NCBI GenBank assembly: GCA_965649055.1
Contig: CBFGJG010000007.1
Coordinates: 40,037 to 63,782 of the forward strand
DNA: 23,746 nucleotides
Origin: a candidate division WOR-3 bacterium
GTDB lineage: Bacteria; Hydrothermota; UBA3072; B12-G15
Direction: 5' to 3'
Shown: positions 1 to 8,607 of the stretch, piece after piece
How positions within the stretch are numbered: the stretch's first letter is position 1
Layout: every line of letters begins with the position of its first letter
The notes under the pieces: model-generated
Database searches by the model: none
What the model saw: only the letters and a program-made list of their open reading frames with translations
Told to the model about the DNA's origin: nothing
Made by a program: the position numbers and the translations under genes

Positions 1-220
1 ATTTTGCACTCCCATGGACTATGAAAAACCAATCCCATAGTTCATCATGTTTATGGAATGCACGAATTATACCTCTTACAGGGTCGCCTACAACATAAAC
101 CTGACCGAACTGATGGCATACTGCATGTTCTTCATCTCCAAGTTTTCTTATAACTTCTATCAAGTAACCTCTATCATCTTCAAGTGTCTTTAAACCTATA
201 ATCTTAACTCCTTCAATCAT
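1..220 (-). CDS. dTDP-4-dehydrorhamnose 3,5-epimerase (RmlC-like cupin) family protein, runs off the left edge
   Basis: Manual translation from ATG at 220: MIEGVKIIGLKTLEDDRGYLIEVIR...FGQVYVV...GIIRAFHKH...WDWFFIVHGSAK, with DxRG and RAFHxH cupin motifs. GGAGG SD at 225-229. The start overlaps the upstream stop (ATGA). Confidence 0.85.
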   Translation of the reverse strand, partial: MIEGVKIIGLKTLEDDRGYLIEVIRKLGDEEHAVCHQFGQVYVVGDPVRGIIRAFHKHDELWDWFFIVHGSAK

Positions 221-1341
221 ATTTCCTCCTTGAATTTTTTAAGTTCTGTTAAAACATCATAGCCAATCTTTGAAGGAACAAACCTTTCTTTGAAGAGTTT
301 ATATCCTTCTTCTCCTATTTTTTCCATTAATCTTTTATCTTTCTTTAGCATTAAAATAGCATCCTTTAAAGATTCACCATCTCCAATATTACAAAGTATT
401 ATATTCTTTCCATCTTCGAATGCTTCAAGAATACCTTCTGTTCTTCCTGTGATTACAGGAACCTTGCAGGCAATACTCTCATATATTTTATTTGGTATAA
501 CCCTTTTCGCCTTATCTGTTGTTCCAAATATTCCAAGAGAAATATGCGATTTACATATTATTTCAGGGATTTTTTCAGGTTCTACCCATCCTGTAAATTC
601 GACATTTTCTAAACCTTTTGCAAGGTTGTAAATTTTTTCATACTCCTGCCCTTTCCCAACAAGCAGAAACCTTATATCTTCTTTTTGGAGCATCTTTGCC
701 GCATCAATAATATATTCCATACCATGTAAAGGTATAAATCCACCAAAATGTAAGACTGTGAAACTCTCATATTTTTTTACATCCATTGGATAAAATATTT
801 CATCGTCTTCTCCAACCCAGAACCTCCTGAATTTTCTTAAAGGTATTCTGTATTGTTCGGAAACAAATTTTATATGTGATTCTGTATCAAGGAATATAAT
901 ATCAGGTAAAATAAGTGATAACTTATCTATAAATTTAAGTTTTCTTGAAATTATTGAATTTTCTTTGAAAAGCTTTCTATCAAGGACAAATGTATCCCAC
1001 AAAGAAACATGGAAATCGAATGCGAGTGGAATGTTTCTTAATCTTGATATAAAAAATGCTAAAGGGACATCAAAATGCCCTGTATAACCAACTATTATGA
1101 AATCAGGTTTTTCTATGATATCAAATGATTTGATAAAAAGGGTGATATATGCCTTAAGAAAATTAAAAGAAAGTCTTAATAATCCCTTTATACCTTTAAA
1201 TTCCTGTATTCTTGGTTCAACACCCTTCCATAATGGATAATGACACTCTATAACTTTACAACCGTTCTTTTGTAAACCTTTTAATATAACCCTGTTTCTT
1301 ATATAATCCCGTGAGTATGTCCCGAAATAGCATATTTTCAT
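217..1341 (-). CDS. Glycosyltransferase family 4 (GT-B)
   Basis: 374 aa. C-terminal Glycos_transf_1-like motifs (HFGGFIPLHG, LGIFGTTDKAKRVIPNKIYESIACKVPVIT). Confidence 0.9.
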   Translation of the reverse strand: MKICYFGTYSRDYIRNRVILKGLQKNGCKVIECHYPLWKGVEPRIQEFKGIKGLLRLSFNFLKAYITLFIKSFDIIEKPDFIIVGYTGHFDVPLAFFISRLRNIPLAFDFHVSLWDTFVLDRKLFKENSIISRKLKFIDKLSLILPDIIFLDTESHIKFVSEQYRIPLRKFRRFWVGEDDEIFYPMDVKKYESFTVLHFGGFIPLHGMEYIIDAAKMLQKEDIRFLLVGKGQEYEKIYNLAKGLENVEFTGWVEPEKIPEIICKSHISLGIFGTTDKAKRVIPNKIYESIACKVPVITGRTEGILEAFEDGKNIILCNIGDGESLKDAILMLKKDKRLMEKIGEEGYKLFKERFVPSKIGYDVLTELKKFKEEI

Positions 1342-1347
1342 AGATTG

Positions 1348-1375
1348 ATTTTAGAACAATAAAAAACAATGTCAA
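1348..1375 (-). promoter_or_regulatory. Sigma70-type promoter for the GT4 gene, probably leaderless
   Basis: Minus strand TTGACA-16 nt-TAAAAT, then 6 nt to the ATG. No SD visible. Confidence 0.6.
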
Positions 1376-1385
1376 GTAATTAATT

Positions 1386-1710
1386 GGTGTCAGTCATAAA
1401 CCTTCAACTTTTCCTGTAGAAAAGAATGGGATTGCCACGTCTTCCGAAGGAAGGCTCGCAATGACAAAAAAGGAAAAAGAAGGGGATTGCCACGTCTCTA
1501 TGCAACTCGCAATGACACATTATAGGAGTCATTACGAGCATTGGTCTTCTTACATATTTGCTACTCAATGCGTGGTAATCCCGGGTGTTAAAAAGTAAGA
1601 AAAGATGAGATTCCCACGGGCTTTGGTAGTTATGCAAAGTAGTCTGCAAGCCCTCGGAATGAAAACTTGCGATGTCAGATTCCCACGTCGCTATGCGACT
1701 CGGAATGACA
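1386..1710 (-). repeat. Palindromic repeat array 1 (5 units, one inverted) plus terminal motif
   Basis: Minus-strand units at about 1428-1466, 1483-1517, 1607-1662 and 1677-1710. Oppositely oriented ATTAC/GTAAT unit at 1528-1582. Terminal motif at 1386-1424. Confidence 0.95.
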
Positions 1711-1837
1711 TCTTACAAAGTATGAAAGGTCAAAAATTCCTTTATCTTTTAAATAGATTATGTTTAAAAAAAACCTCTTTTTTAAAGTATTGCTTCTTAA
1801 TTAAAAATAATAAAAAAACCTGCCCCAGAAAGATTTT

Positions 1838-2545
1838 TTACTTTACTATGTTTCCGTTAGAATCCCACTGCACAGAGAAGATTGTCTGGTTATTTTCTAC
1901 TATGTTTGCAAATCCAGAATGGTCGTTATATCCTCTTATTGTAAATTTATAAGTGCTATATCCTATTGCATCTATAACTACTTCACAATAGCTTGATGTT
2001 GTTACCCAGGATATAGATAAGAAAATATTTTCTCCCAGGTCACCTTGATAAAATTTAAAATAACCACCTGAACCATTGTCTTCCCATTCAAAAGAAGCAA
2101 TAGCATTACCCAAATAATAATACTTCCAGTAAGCGTGTGAACCATCAGATTCTATATAACCTAAATAAATCAACTCATCATTAATGTATAGTTTCCATTC
2201 ATAACCACCGGGAATTTGGGTACAAGTTATCTTGACAGTATACATACCTGAAGAAACTTCCCATGTCCATGTTCCATTTGAATATTTATAATCTTCCATT
2301 TCTTCTTTTAAATTATTCAGGGAGGCTGCAAAATTGTATGTCCCTTCCGCAAATCCATTTATAAAATCTATCATAGTATTTATTAATAAAAGATTCCCGG
2401 TTGTATCAGCCTCTTTCATTGAAACATTAGGGCCTTCAATCTTCTTAAGAGATGAAGGGGAAGTCTTCATTTCAGGTGGATTTTTCTTGGTTGAACAACC
2501 AGCAACTAAAAGAAACACAAACAAAAACAACAAAAATTTTTTCAT
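1838..2545 (-). CDS. Uncharacterised lipoprotein (beta-rich)
   Basis: Likely start at 2545 (GGAGG at 2551-2555). Signal peptide MKKFLLFLFVFLLVAG-C with lipobox. Confidence 0.8.
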   Translation of the reverse strand: MKKFLLFLFVFLLVAGCSTKKNPPEMKTSPSSLKKIEGPNVSMKEADTTGNLLLINTMIDFINGFAEGTYNFAASLNNLKEEMEDYKYSNGTWTWEVSSGMYTVKITCTQIPGGYEWKLYINDELIYLGYIESDGSHAYWKYYYLGNAIASFEWEDNGSGGYFKFYQGDLGENIFLSISWVTTSSYCEVVIDAIGYSTYKFTIRGYNDHSGFANIVENNQTIFSVQWDSNGNIVK

Positions 2546-2584
2546 AAAAACCTCCATTTCCCTTTTCAGGGCAGGTTTTTATAA

Positions 2585-2612
2585 ATTATAAAAAATTAAA
2601 AAAAAATGTCAA
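2585..2612 (-). promoter_or_regulatory. Sigma70 promoter for the lipoprotein gene
   Basis: Consensus TTGACA-16 nt-TATAAT on the minus strand. Confidence 0.75.
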
Positions 2613-2619
2613 TGGGGAC

Positions 2620-2647
2620 TTGACAAATATAAAAATTTATATAAATT
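2620..2647 (+). promoter_or_regulatory. Divergent sigma70 promoter for the TetR operon
   Basis: TTGACA (2620-2625)-16 nt-TAAATT (2642-2647). Confidence 0.6.
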
Positions 2648-2672
2648 TGAACAAATGAACAAAATGTTCAAA
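2646..2672. promoter_or_regulatory. Putative TetR operator
   Basis: Palindrome TGAACA-aaa-TGTTCA (2656-2670) plus an extra TTTGAACA half-site (2646-2653), overlapping the predicted start site upstream of tetR. Confidence 0.65.
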
Positions 2673-2691
2673 AGTTTAAAAGGAGATAAAT

Positions 2692-3294
2692 ATGAAAAAG
2701 GAAAAAATGAGAAGGCGTATAATTGAAACAGCAAGGGAAGTTTTTATGGTATTGGGTTTTAAGAAGACATCCATGGACATAATCGCGGGGAAACTTGGTA
2801 TGACAAAAAGTTCTATTTATTATTATTTCAAGGATAAGGAAGAACTGTTCAGGGAAATAATTGAAGAAGAGGCGAAGATGATTATTGAAAGAATTGAAAA
2901 CGAAATTAAAGATATAAGAGAGCCTGTATTGAAATTGAAGAAATACTTTGAAGTCCGAATGAAACTATTCCTTGATATTGCGGAAAAGTTCAAGTCTTTC
3001 AGTAAAGAGTATCTTGAAGAGCATAACTTTATTGAGAGGATAAGAAAAAGTTATGACATTTATGAGATTAACAGGATAAAGGAAATCCTTGAATATGGTA
3101 TAAAAATGGGTAAATTTTCAATAAAGAATACTGAATTAACTGCATTCGCAATAGTTTCTGCTTCGAAAGGTCTTGAATATGACATTGCAACAAAAATTTC
3201 TAAGAAGGGATTAAATGAAAAGCTTGAAGGTCTTATTGATATACTTTTCTATGGAATAGTTAAAAAGGAAGGTAAAAATGGAAAAGTTAATTGA
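2692..3294 (+). CDS. TetR/AcrR family transcriptional regulator
   Basis: N-terminal HTH IIETAREVFMVLGFKKTSMDIIAGKLGMTKSSIYYYFKDKEEL. AGGAG SD. Confidence 0.95.
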   Translation: MKKEKMRRRIIETAREVFMVLGFKKTSMDIIAGKLGMTKSSIYYYFKDKEELFREIIEEEAKMIIERIENEIKDIREPVLKLKKYFEVRMKLFLDIAEKFKSFSKEYLEEHNFIERIRKSYDIYEINRIKEILEYGIKMGKFSIKNTELTAFAIVSASKGLEYDIATKISKKGLNEKLEGLIDILFYGIVKKEGKNGKVN

Positions 3295-5515
3295 CTGGAT
3301 ATTTAAGTTAAGGGTTCCAGTAATAATTGTTATTTCATTAATAACAATTATCTTGGGAGTTTTTATAAAGGATTTAAGGATAAATCCCGATGTTATAAGT
3401 TATCTTCCAGATTCAGACCCTGCCGTTGCAAATTCGAAATATATAAATGAAAAATTCGGGCTTACCAAAGTTGGGATTGTAATGCTTGAATATGAAAAAC
3501 CTTTTTCAATGGAGATGCTTGAAGACTTAAAGAAGATAACAGATGAATGTTCTTATATTTCACAGGTTACTTATGTCTTGAGTTTGTTTACATTCCTTGA
3601 TGTAAAAGGCGACACATCCGGAATAACGATAGAACCACTTATTGACGAATATAATATTCCAGTTAATGATGAGGATTTAAGGAAAACTTATGAGAATATA
3701 TTGAAAAAAGAAGGCGTTAAAGATGTTCTAATTTCAAGTGATGGAAGATATTCAATCGTTTTATGTTATTTTACAGGTGATCCGACAATTGCAGGGTCTA
3801 AAATAAAAGAGGTTGTTAACAAATTGGATATTAAAGGTAAGCCTTATTTTGGTGGTCTTCCATTCCAGCTCCTTGAACTGAACAGATCAATATTTAATGA
3901 TGTCAGGTTCCTTCTTCCATCAATCGTAATTCTTATTATTCTTATACTTTATTTAAGTTTCAGGGATATTAAAGCTGTTCTTCTTGCGATACTCACAACA
4001 ATTATTGCAACAATCTGGACAATGGGGCTTATGGGTTTATTAAAGATGAAGATAACAATCATATCCAATATTATTCCTGTTGTTCTAATTGCAACAGGTA
4101 ACGCTTATGGAATACATATTATAAGTTCATTTATTGAGAAGGGTAATGGAAAGGAAAGGAATAAAGAGGCATTAAAATCTGTTATAATACCTGTTTTTCT
4201 TGCTGCATTCACAACTGCAATAGGATTCATTTCTTTTGTTATTGGTGCTTATCTTAAACTGATAAGGGAATTCGGAATATTCACCACCATAGGGATTATA
4301 TTTTCTTTCATCATATCGATAATTATTTTACCTGCGATAATATCATTTAAGGGATTCAAAAAGAAAGAAATAAAAGGAAACAATCATTTTGACACTGTAT
4401 TTTATAATTTTTCAAAATGGATTATCAGAAAAGAAAAATTAATTATCCTTTTATCAACAATATTCTGGTTATTTGCAATCTCAGGTATTCCATTGATAGA
4501 AAGAAAGGTAGATTTTATTGATTATTTTGGAAAAAACAGTGAGGTAAGAAAGATAGATGAACTTATAAGCAGAAAATTTGGTGGTTCAATACCTATTTAC
4601 ATAATAGTTAAGGGTGATATAAAAGACCCAGAAGTATTAAACGAGATGAAAAAATTTGAAAGGTTCCTTGAATCACAGGGTGAGATAAAAAATCTATATT
4701 CAATAGTTCATCTTGTTGAGGATATGAACAATATGCTTGGATTCGGGAAGACAATCCCTGATACAAAGGAAAAAGTTTCTAATCTATGGTTTTTCTTCGA
4801 AGGCCAGGAGATGGTAAAACATTTTGTAGATGACGATGCTCAGGAGGCATTAATACAGGGAACTATTAAGGGGTTATACACAAAGACGAGTTCAAAGATG
4901 ATAAAAGAAATACAGGAATACATAAAAAATATAAAACTTGAAGGTGCTGAATTTATTTTATCCGGAACCCCACTTGTCTATAGAAGTCTCGATATAAGTA
5001 TTCTTAAAAGTCAACTTTACAGCCTTATTATTGCAATACTTTTCGTATTCATAACCCTATCAATCCTTATGAAATCACCGGCAGGTGGAATCATCGGTAT
5101 TATACCAATAATATTTTCCCTTCTTATTCTTCTTGGTTTTATGGGTTTCTTTCACATACCGCTTGATGTCGCAACTGCACTTGTTGGCAGCGTATCAATA
5201 GGAATTGGTATTGACTACTCAATACATTTTGTAAGCAGATTAAAGAAGGAATATGAGGAAACAAAAGAAGATGTTGAAGCATTAAGAAATACACTTGATA
5301 CAACAGGTAAGGCTATTGTGATAAATGTTATAACAGTAACAGCAGGATTTCTCATTCTTCTATTTGGCACACTTATACCTGTGAAGAGATTTGGTATGCT
5401 TATTGGACTAACTATGATAAGCTCAGGTTTTGGTGCTTTAACAATATTACCTGCAATAATACTTCTAACCAAAAAATTTATATTGAAGATAAAAACAAAA
5501 AAGGAGGATTTATGA
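3278..5515 (+). CDS. MMPL/RND-superfamily transporter
   Basis: 745 aa, two repeats of TM + soluble domain + 5 TM. GIGIDYSIHF motif. Confidence 0.92.
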   Translation: MEKLIDWIFKLRVPVIIVISLITIILGVFIKDLRINPDVISYLPDSDPAVANSKYINEKFGLTKVGIVMLEYEKPFSMEMLEDLKKITDECSYISQVTYVLSLFTFLDVKGDTSGITIEPLIDEYNIPVNDEDLRKTYENILKKEGVKDVLISSDGRYSIVLCYFTGDPTIAGSKIKEVVNKLDIKGKPYFGGLPFQLLELNRSIFNDVRFLLPSIVILIILILYLSFRDIKAVLLAILTTIIATIWTMGLMGLLKMKITIISNIIPVVLIATGNAYGIHIISSFIEKGNGKERNKEALKSVIIPVFLAAFTTAIGFISFVIGAYLKLIREFGIFTTIGIIFSFIISIIILPAIISFKGFKKKEIKGNNHFDTVFYNFSKWIIRKEKLIILLSTIFWLFAISGIPLIERKVDFIDYFGKNSEVRKIDELISRKFGGSIPIYIIVKGDIKDPEVLNEMKKFERFLESQGEIKNLYSIVHLVEDMNNMLGFGKTIPDTKEKVSNLWFFFEGQEMVKHFVDDDAQEALIQGTIKGLYTKTSSKMIKEIQEYIKNIKLEGAEFILSGTPLVYRSLDISILKSQLYSLIIAILFVFITLSILMKSPAGGIIGIIPIIFSLLILLGFMGFFHIPLDVATALVGSVSIGIGIDYSIHFVSRLKKEYEETKEDVEALRNTLDTTGKAIVINVITVTAGFLILLFGTLIPVKRFGMLIGLTMISSGFGALTILPAIILLTKKFILKIKTKKEDL

Positions 5516-6243
5516 GGTATATCTATTTATTCTTTTTAATCATTATCCCTTCCATATTAAATGCGGAAGAATTGACACCTAAAGAGATTATCAAAAAAAT
5601 GGATGAAGTCCTTAATGCGCCTAAAGACCAGAGGATAAAGATGAGACTCATTGTTATCGATAAGAGCGGAAAGGAGAAGGAAAAACTTATAGAGATATTA
5701 CAGAAAGGTATGGACAAGAGGATGGGAAAGTTCTTATTACCGGAGGACCAGAAAGGTATTGGTTTTCTATCTTTACCGAATGGTGTTTTCTATGTTTATC
5801 TTCCCGCAATGAAGAAGACGCAGCTTATAGCATCACAATCAAAAGGTGGTAAATTTGCAGGGACTGATTTTACATATGAAGACCTTGAAACTAAAAAATA
5901 CGAAGATTTCTGGGATGGAGAACTTATAAATTCAGACAATGAAAATTATTATCTTAAAATGATGCCGAAGCCAGATTTTAAATCATCATATGGTTATGTG
6001 GTGATAAAAGTGAATAAAGAAAATTTTTATCCTGTGAATATTGAATTCTACGATAAAGGAGGAAATCTCATTAAGACATTAAAAAGAGAAAAGATTGAAA
6101 AGATTAATGGTTATCTTGTATCAAAAGAATCAGAAATGAAAGACCTGAAATCAGGGAATACGACGAAGATGATAATAGAAGAAATAAAGTTTGATACCGG
6201 TATACAGGATAACCAATTTAAACCAGAAAAACTTTCAAATTAA
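5512..6243 (+). CDS. Outer-membrane lipoprotein-sorting (LolA-like) protein
   Basis: Signal peptide, FAGTDFTYEDL motif, usual position after an MMPL gene. GGAGG SD. Confidence 0.85.
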   Translation: MRYIYLFFLIIIPSILNAEELTPKEIIKKMDEVLNAPKDQRIKMRLIVIDKSGKEKEKLIEILQKGMDKRMGKFLLPEDQKGIGFLSLPNGVFYVYLPAMKKTQLIASQSKGGKFAGTDFTYEDLETKKYEDFWDGELINSDNENYYLKMMPKPDFKSSYGYVVIKVNKENFYPVNIEFYDKGGNLIKTLKREKIEKINGYLVSKESEMKDLKSGNTTKMIIEEIKFDTGIQDNQFKPEKLSN

Positions 6244-6253
6244 AGGAGGATAT

Positions 6254-7522
6254 ATGAAAAGATTTATTTTTATCATCCCTTTATTTTTAATAGCTTCTGA
6301 ATTCCAGTTTGGTGGTTATTTAAATCTTGATTCAAGGATGAACCTTAAAGACCATTATTTTAATTTTAATGAGTCAAGATTAGATTTTAACCTGAAAGCA
6401 TCAAATGATAATTTTAATTTTTTCACAGAATTCTGGGTAAGGGAAAACGGTATTAAGAACATTTATAAATTAGAAGAACTTTCAAGCGAAGATATGTTCA
6501 ATATCTCATTAGAGATGAAAGAAGGATATATAAGCCTTTCGAATTTCCCGTTTGATTTCATTGACCTGCGCATAGGTAAACAGAGGACAGCATGGGGAAC
6601 CGCATATGTATTCAATCCAACAGATAATATGGACCCGCTTGACCTTGAAGATATATGGGATTTTGAAAGTAGGATTTCATCATTTTCTTTAAAGATGAAT
6701 ATCTTCGTAAAAGATTTCAGTCTTCAGGGTATTTATATCCCTTTCTTTACCCCATCAAGGCTTCCCGAAGAAAGATTGTTAAATATATTCTATCCAGTTA
6801 ACCCTATGGTTTCTTCTGTTGAGAATACGATAATTCTTCCATCGAGAACAAAAGAAAATTCAATTTATGGAATAAGGGTTAAAAAGAATATTTTAGGAAC
6901 TGACCTTTCAGTAAGTTATGTTTACGGAAGAAATACCCTACCTTTTCCTGATAAAATCACCATTATCCCAACTACTTCAGGTATAAATGTTAATACAGAA
7001 CTCGTTTATCCAAAACAACAGATTTTTGGTTTTGATTTTGCAACATCTTTTGATAGGTTTGGATTCTGGGGTGAGATTGGATATTTTATACCTGAAAGTC
7101 TTAATTGTCTTATTGACAGGAGTTTAATTGGTTTAGGAACATCTGATTCTCTTATTCTTGATAAGAATTATTACAAATATGTTTTGGGAGCTGACTATAG
7201 ATACAACGATATATATGTTTTACTCCAGTATGTTTATGGCTTCCCGTATGATGCAGGGGAAAATATAAATGACTTTTTACTCCTTCATTCATCTTTTAAA
7301 TTACTTGAATCAAAGATAGAATTGAATTTTAATTATGCACTCGAATTTTACAATATTGATGATAAGGAATTTTCACATCTTTTATCACCTGAAATATCAT
7401 TCTATCCTTTAAGTAATATACAGATAAAAGCAGGTTTAAAGTATATTTTCGGTGATTACGGGAATTTTGGGAAACTAAAAGATGAAAGAAATGTTTATGT
7501 AATATTTAAATACAATTATTAA
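6254..7522 (+). CDS. Putative outer-membrane beta-barrel protein (DUF1302-like)
   Basis: Likely start ATG 6254 after GGAGG. DLRIGKQRTAWG...NPTD motif, C-terminal aromatic end (FKYNY), and the common MMPL-LolA-barrel gene order. Confidence 0.7.
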   Translation: MKRFIFIIPLFLIASEFQFGGYLNLDSRMNLKDHYFNFNESRLDFNLKASNDNFNFFTEFWVRENGIKNIYKLEELSSEDMFNISLEMKEGYISLSNFPFDFIDLRIGKQRTAWGTAYVFNPTDNMDPLDLEDIWDFESRISSFSLKMNIFVKDFSLQGIYIPFFTPSRLPEERLLNIFYPVNPMVSSVENTIILPSRTKENSIYGIRVKKNILGTDLSVSYVYGRNTLPFPDKITIIPTTSGINVNTELVYPKQQIFGFDFATSFDRFGFWGEIGYFIPESLNCLIDRSLIGLGTSDSLILDKNYYKYVLGADYRYNDIYVLLQYVYGFPYDAGENINDFLLLHSSFKLLESKIELNFNYALEFYNIDDKEFSHLLSPEISFYPLSNIQIKAGLKYIFGDYGNFGKLKDERNVYVIFKYNY

Positions 7523-7547
7523 AGTTTAGGAAGATTTAGGAAATAAT

Positions 7548-7807
7548 TTAACACCTGAGATTACCACGCATTGAGTATAGCAAATATGTAAGCAATCTCA
7601 ATGCTCGTAATGACTTCTACACTTTGTCATTCCGAGAGTTTGCCTGCATCTTGCTTGTCTTATCAAACTCGTGGGAATCTCATCTTTTCTTCCTTTATGT
7701 GTCATTGCGAGGGCTGTTATTCTTCTTTGCGTATCCATCAAAAGCCCGTGGCAATCCCATGTTTTTTTGTTGTCATTCCGAGTCGCATAGCGACGTGGGA
7801 ATCCCAT
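7548..7807 (+). repeat. Palindromic repeat array 2 (4 units, first inverted), upstream of GIY-YIG gene
   Basis: Inverted unit 7557-7614. Forward units 7625-7681, 7700-7758 and 7771-7805. Confidence 0.95.
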
Positions 7808-7838
7808 CTTTTTACTTGTTAAACATATATATTTTAAA

Positions 7839-7866
7839 TTGACTTTATTATCAATTTCTGTATTTT
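7839..7866 (+). promoter_or_regulatory. Putative promoter for the GIY-YIG gene (leaderless)
   Basis: TTGACT-16 nt-TATTTT, 6 nt before ATG 7873. No SD. Confidence 0.5.
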
Positions 7867-7872
7867 AATTTT

Positions 7873-8160
7873 ATGAAACATAATTATTATGTTTACATCT
7901 TAACGAATAAAAACAACACTGTATTATATACAGGCGTAACCAACAATCTTAAAAGACGGGTCTATGAACATAAAGAAAAAATAATAAAAGGATTTACAAG
8001 TAAATACAATATAGATAAATTAATTTATTATGAAATTTATGATGACATAGAAAATGCAATAAAGAGGGAAAAACAGATAAAAGACACTTCAAGGGCAAAA
8101 AAGGAAAAATTAATAAACGCAATGAATCCGGAATGGAAAGACTTATATAAAGATATATAA
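7873..8160 (+). CDS. Small stand-alone GIY-YIG nuclease (YhbQ/UPF0213-like)
   Basis: 95 aa: YYVYIL...LYTGVTNNLKRRVYEHK...AIKREKQIK...LINAMNPEWKDL. The Tyr/Gly/Arg/His/Glu positions typical of GIY-YIG are present. Confidence 0.93.
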   Translation: MKHNYYVYILTNKNNTVLYTGVTNNLKRRVYEHKEKIIKGFTSKYNIDKLIYYEIYDDIENAIKREKQIKDTSRAKKEKLINAMNPEWKDLYKDI

Positions 8161-8213
8161 GTTTATTGACAATATTCTTATTTTTCATTCCTTGTCTTTC
8201 GATTCTTCTGAAT

Positions 8214-8553
8214 TGTCATTTCAAGCCTTTCATTTTTCCTGTCATTCCGAGCCTTTCGAAGAAAGACGTGGGAATCTGACAACGCAAGTTGTCATTGCGA
8301 GCATTCCGCAGGAATGCGTGGCAATCCCATCCTTTCTTCCTTTATGTGTCATTGCGAGCCTTTCGAAGAAAGGCGTGGCAATCCCATGTTTTCTTATTTT
8401 TTAACACCCGAGATTACCACGCATTGAGTATAGCAAATATGTAAGCAATCTCAATGCTCGTAATGACTTCTACACTTTGTCATTCCGAGTCGCGCAGCGA
8501 CGTGGCAATCCCATCCTTTCTACAAGAAAAGTTGAAAGTTTATGACTGACCCC
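8214..8553 (+). repeat. Palindromic repeat array 3 (5 units, one inverted, one degenerate half unit) plus terminal motif
   Basis: Units 8240-8277, 8290-8328, 8347-8385, inverted 8410-8467, and 8478-8512. Terminal motif 8515-8553. Confidence 0.95.
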
Positions 8554-8562
8554 AAAAAATGC

Positions 8563-8590
8563 TTGAAAAAATATTTCAAAAATATATTAT
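8563..8590 (+). promoter_or_regulatory. Putative promoter for the DUF3467/glycosylation operon
   Basis: TTGAAA-16 nt-TATTAT, followed by AAGGAG SD. Confidence 0.5.
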
Positions 8591-8607
8591 AAAAAAAAGG
8601 AGAAGAT

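Noticed and set aside
1404..1952. ORFs 1404-1649 and 1605-1952
   Set aside because: These are translations of array 1 (CHCE, WESH, RND peptides) or antisense to the lipoprotein gene.
2546..2584. Riboswitch in the lipoprotein leader
   Set aside because: The leader is only about 35 nt and matches no aptamer I recognise. Only a simple hairpin is supported.
7525..7542. Short tandem TTTAGGAA duplication
   Set aside because: Only two copies of an 8-mer in AT-rich DNA.
7546..7824. attC-like ends ATTTAAC...GTTAAAC around array 2
   Set aside because: The span of about 280 nt is too long for an attC site, the pairing is not repeated in other arrays, and there is no integron integrase.
7598..8404. 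Short ORFs 7598-7807, 7601-7822, 7624-7842, 7994-8188, 8192-8404
   Set aside because: Repeat-derived frames (CHSE, VIAS, VAIP) or antisense to the nuclease, with no translation signals.
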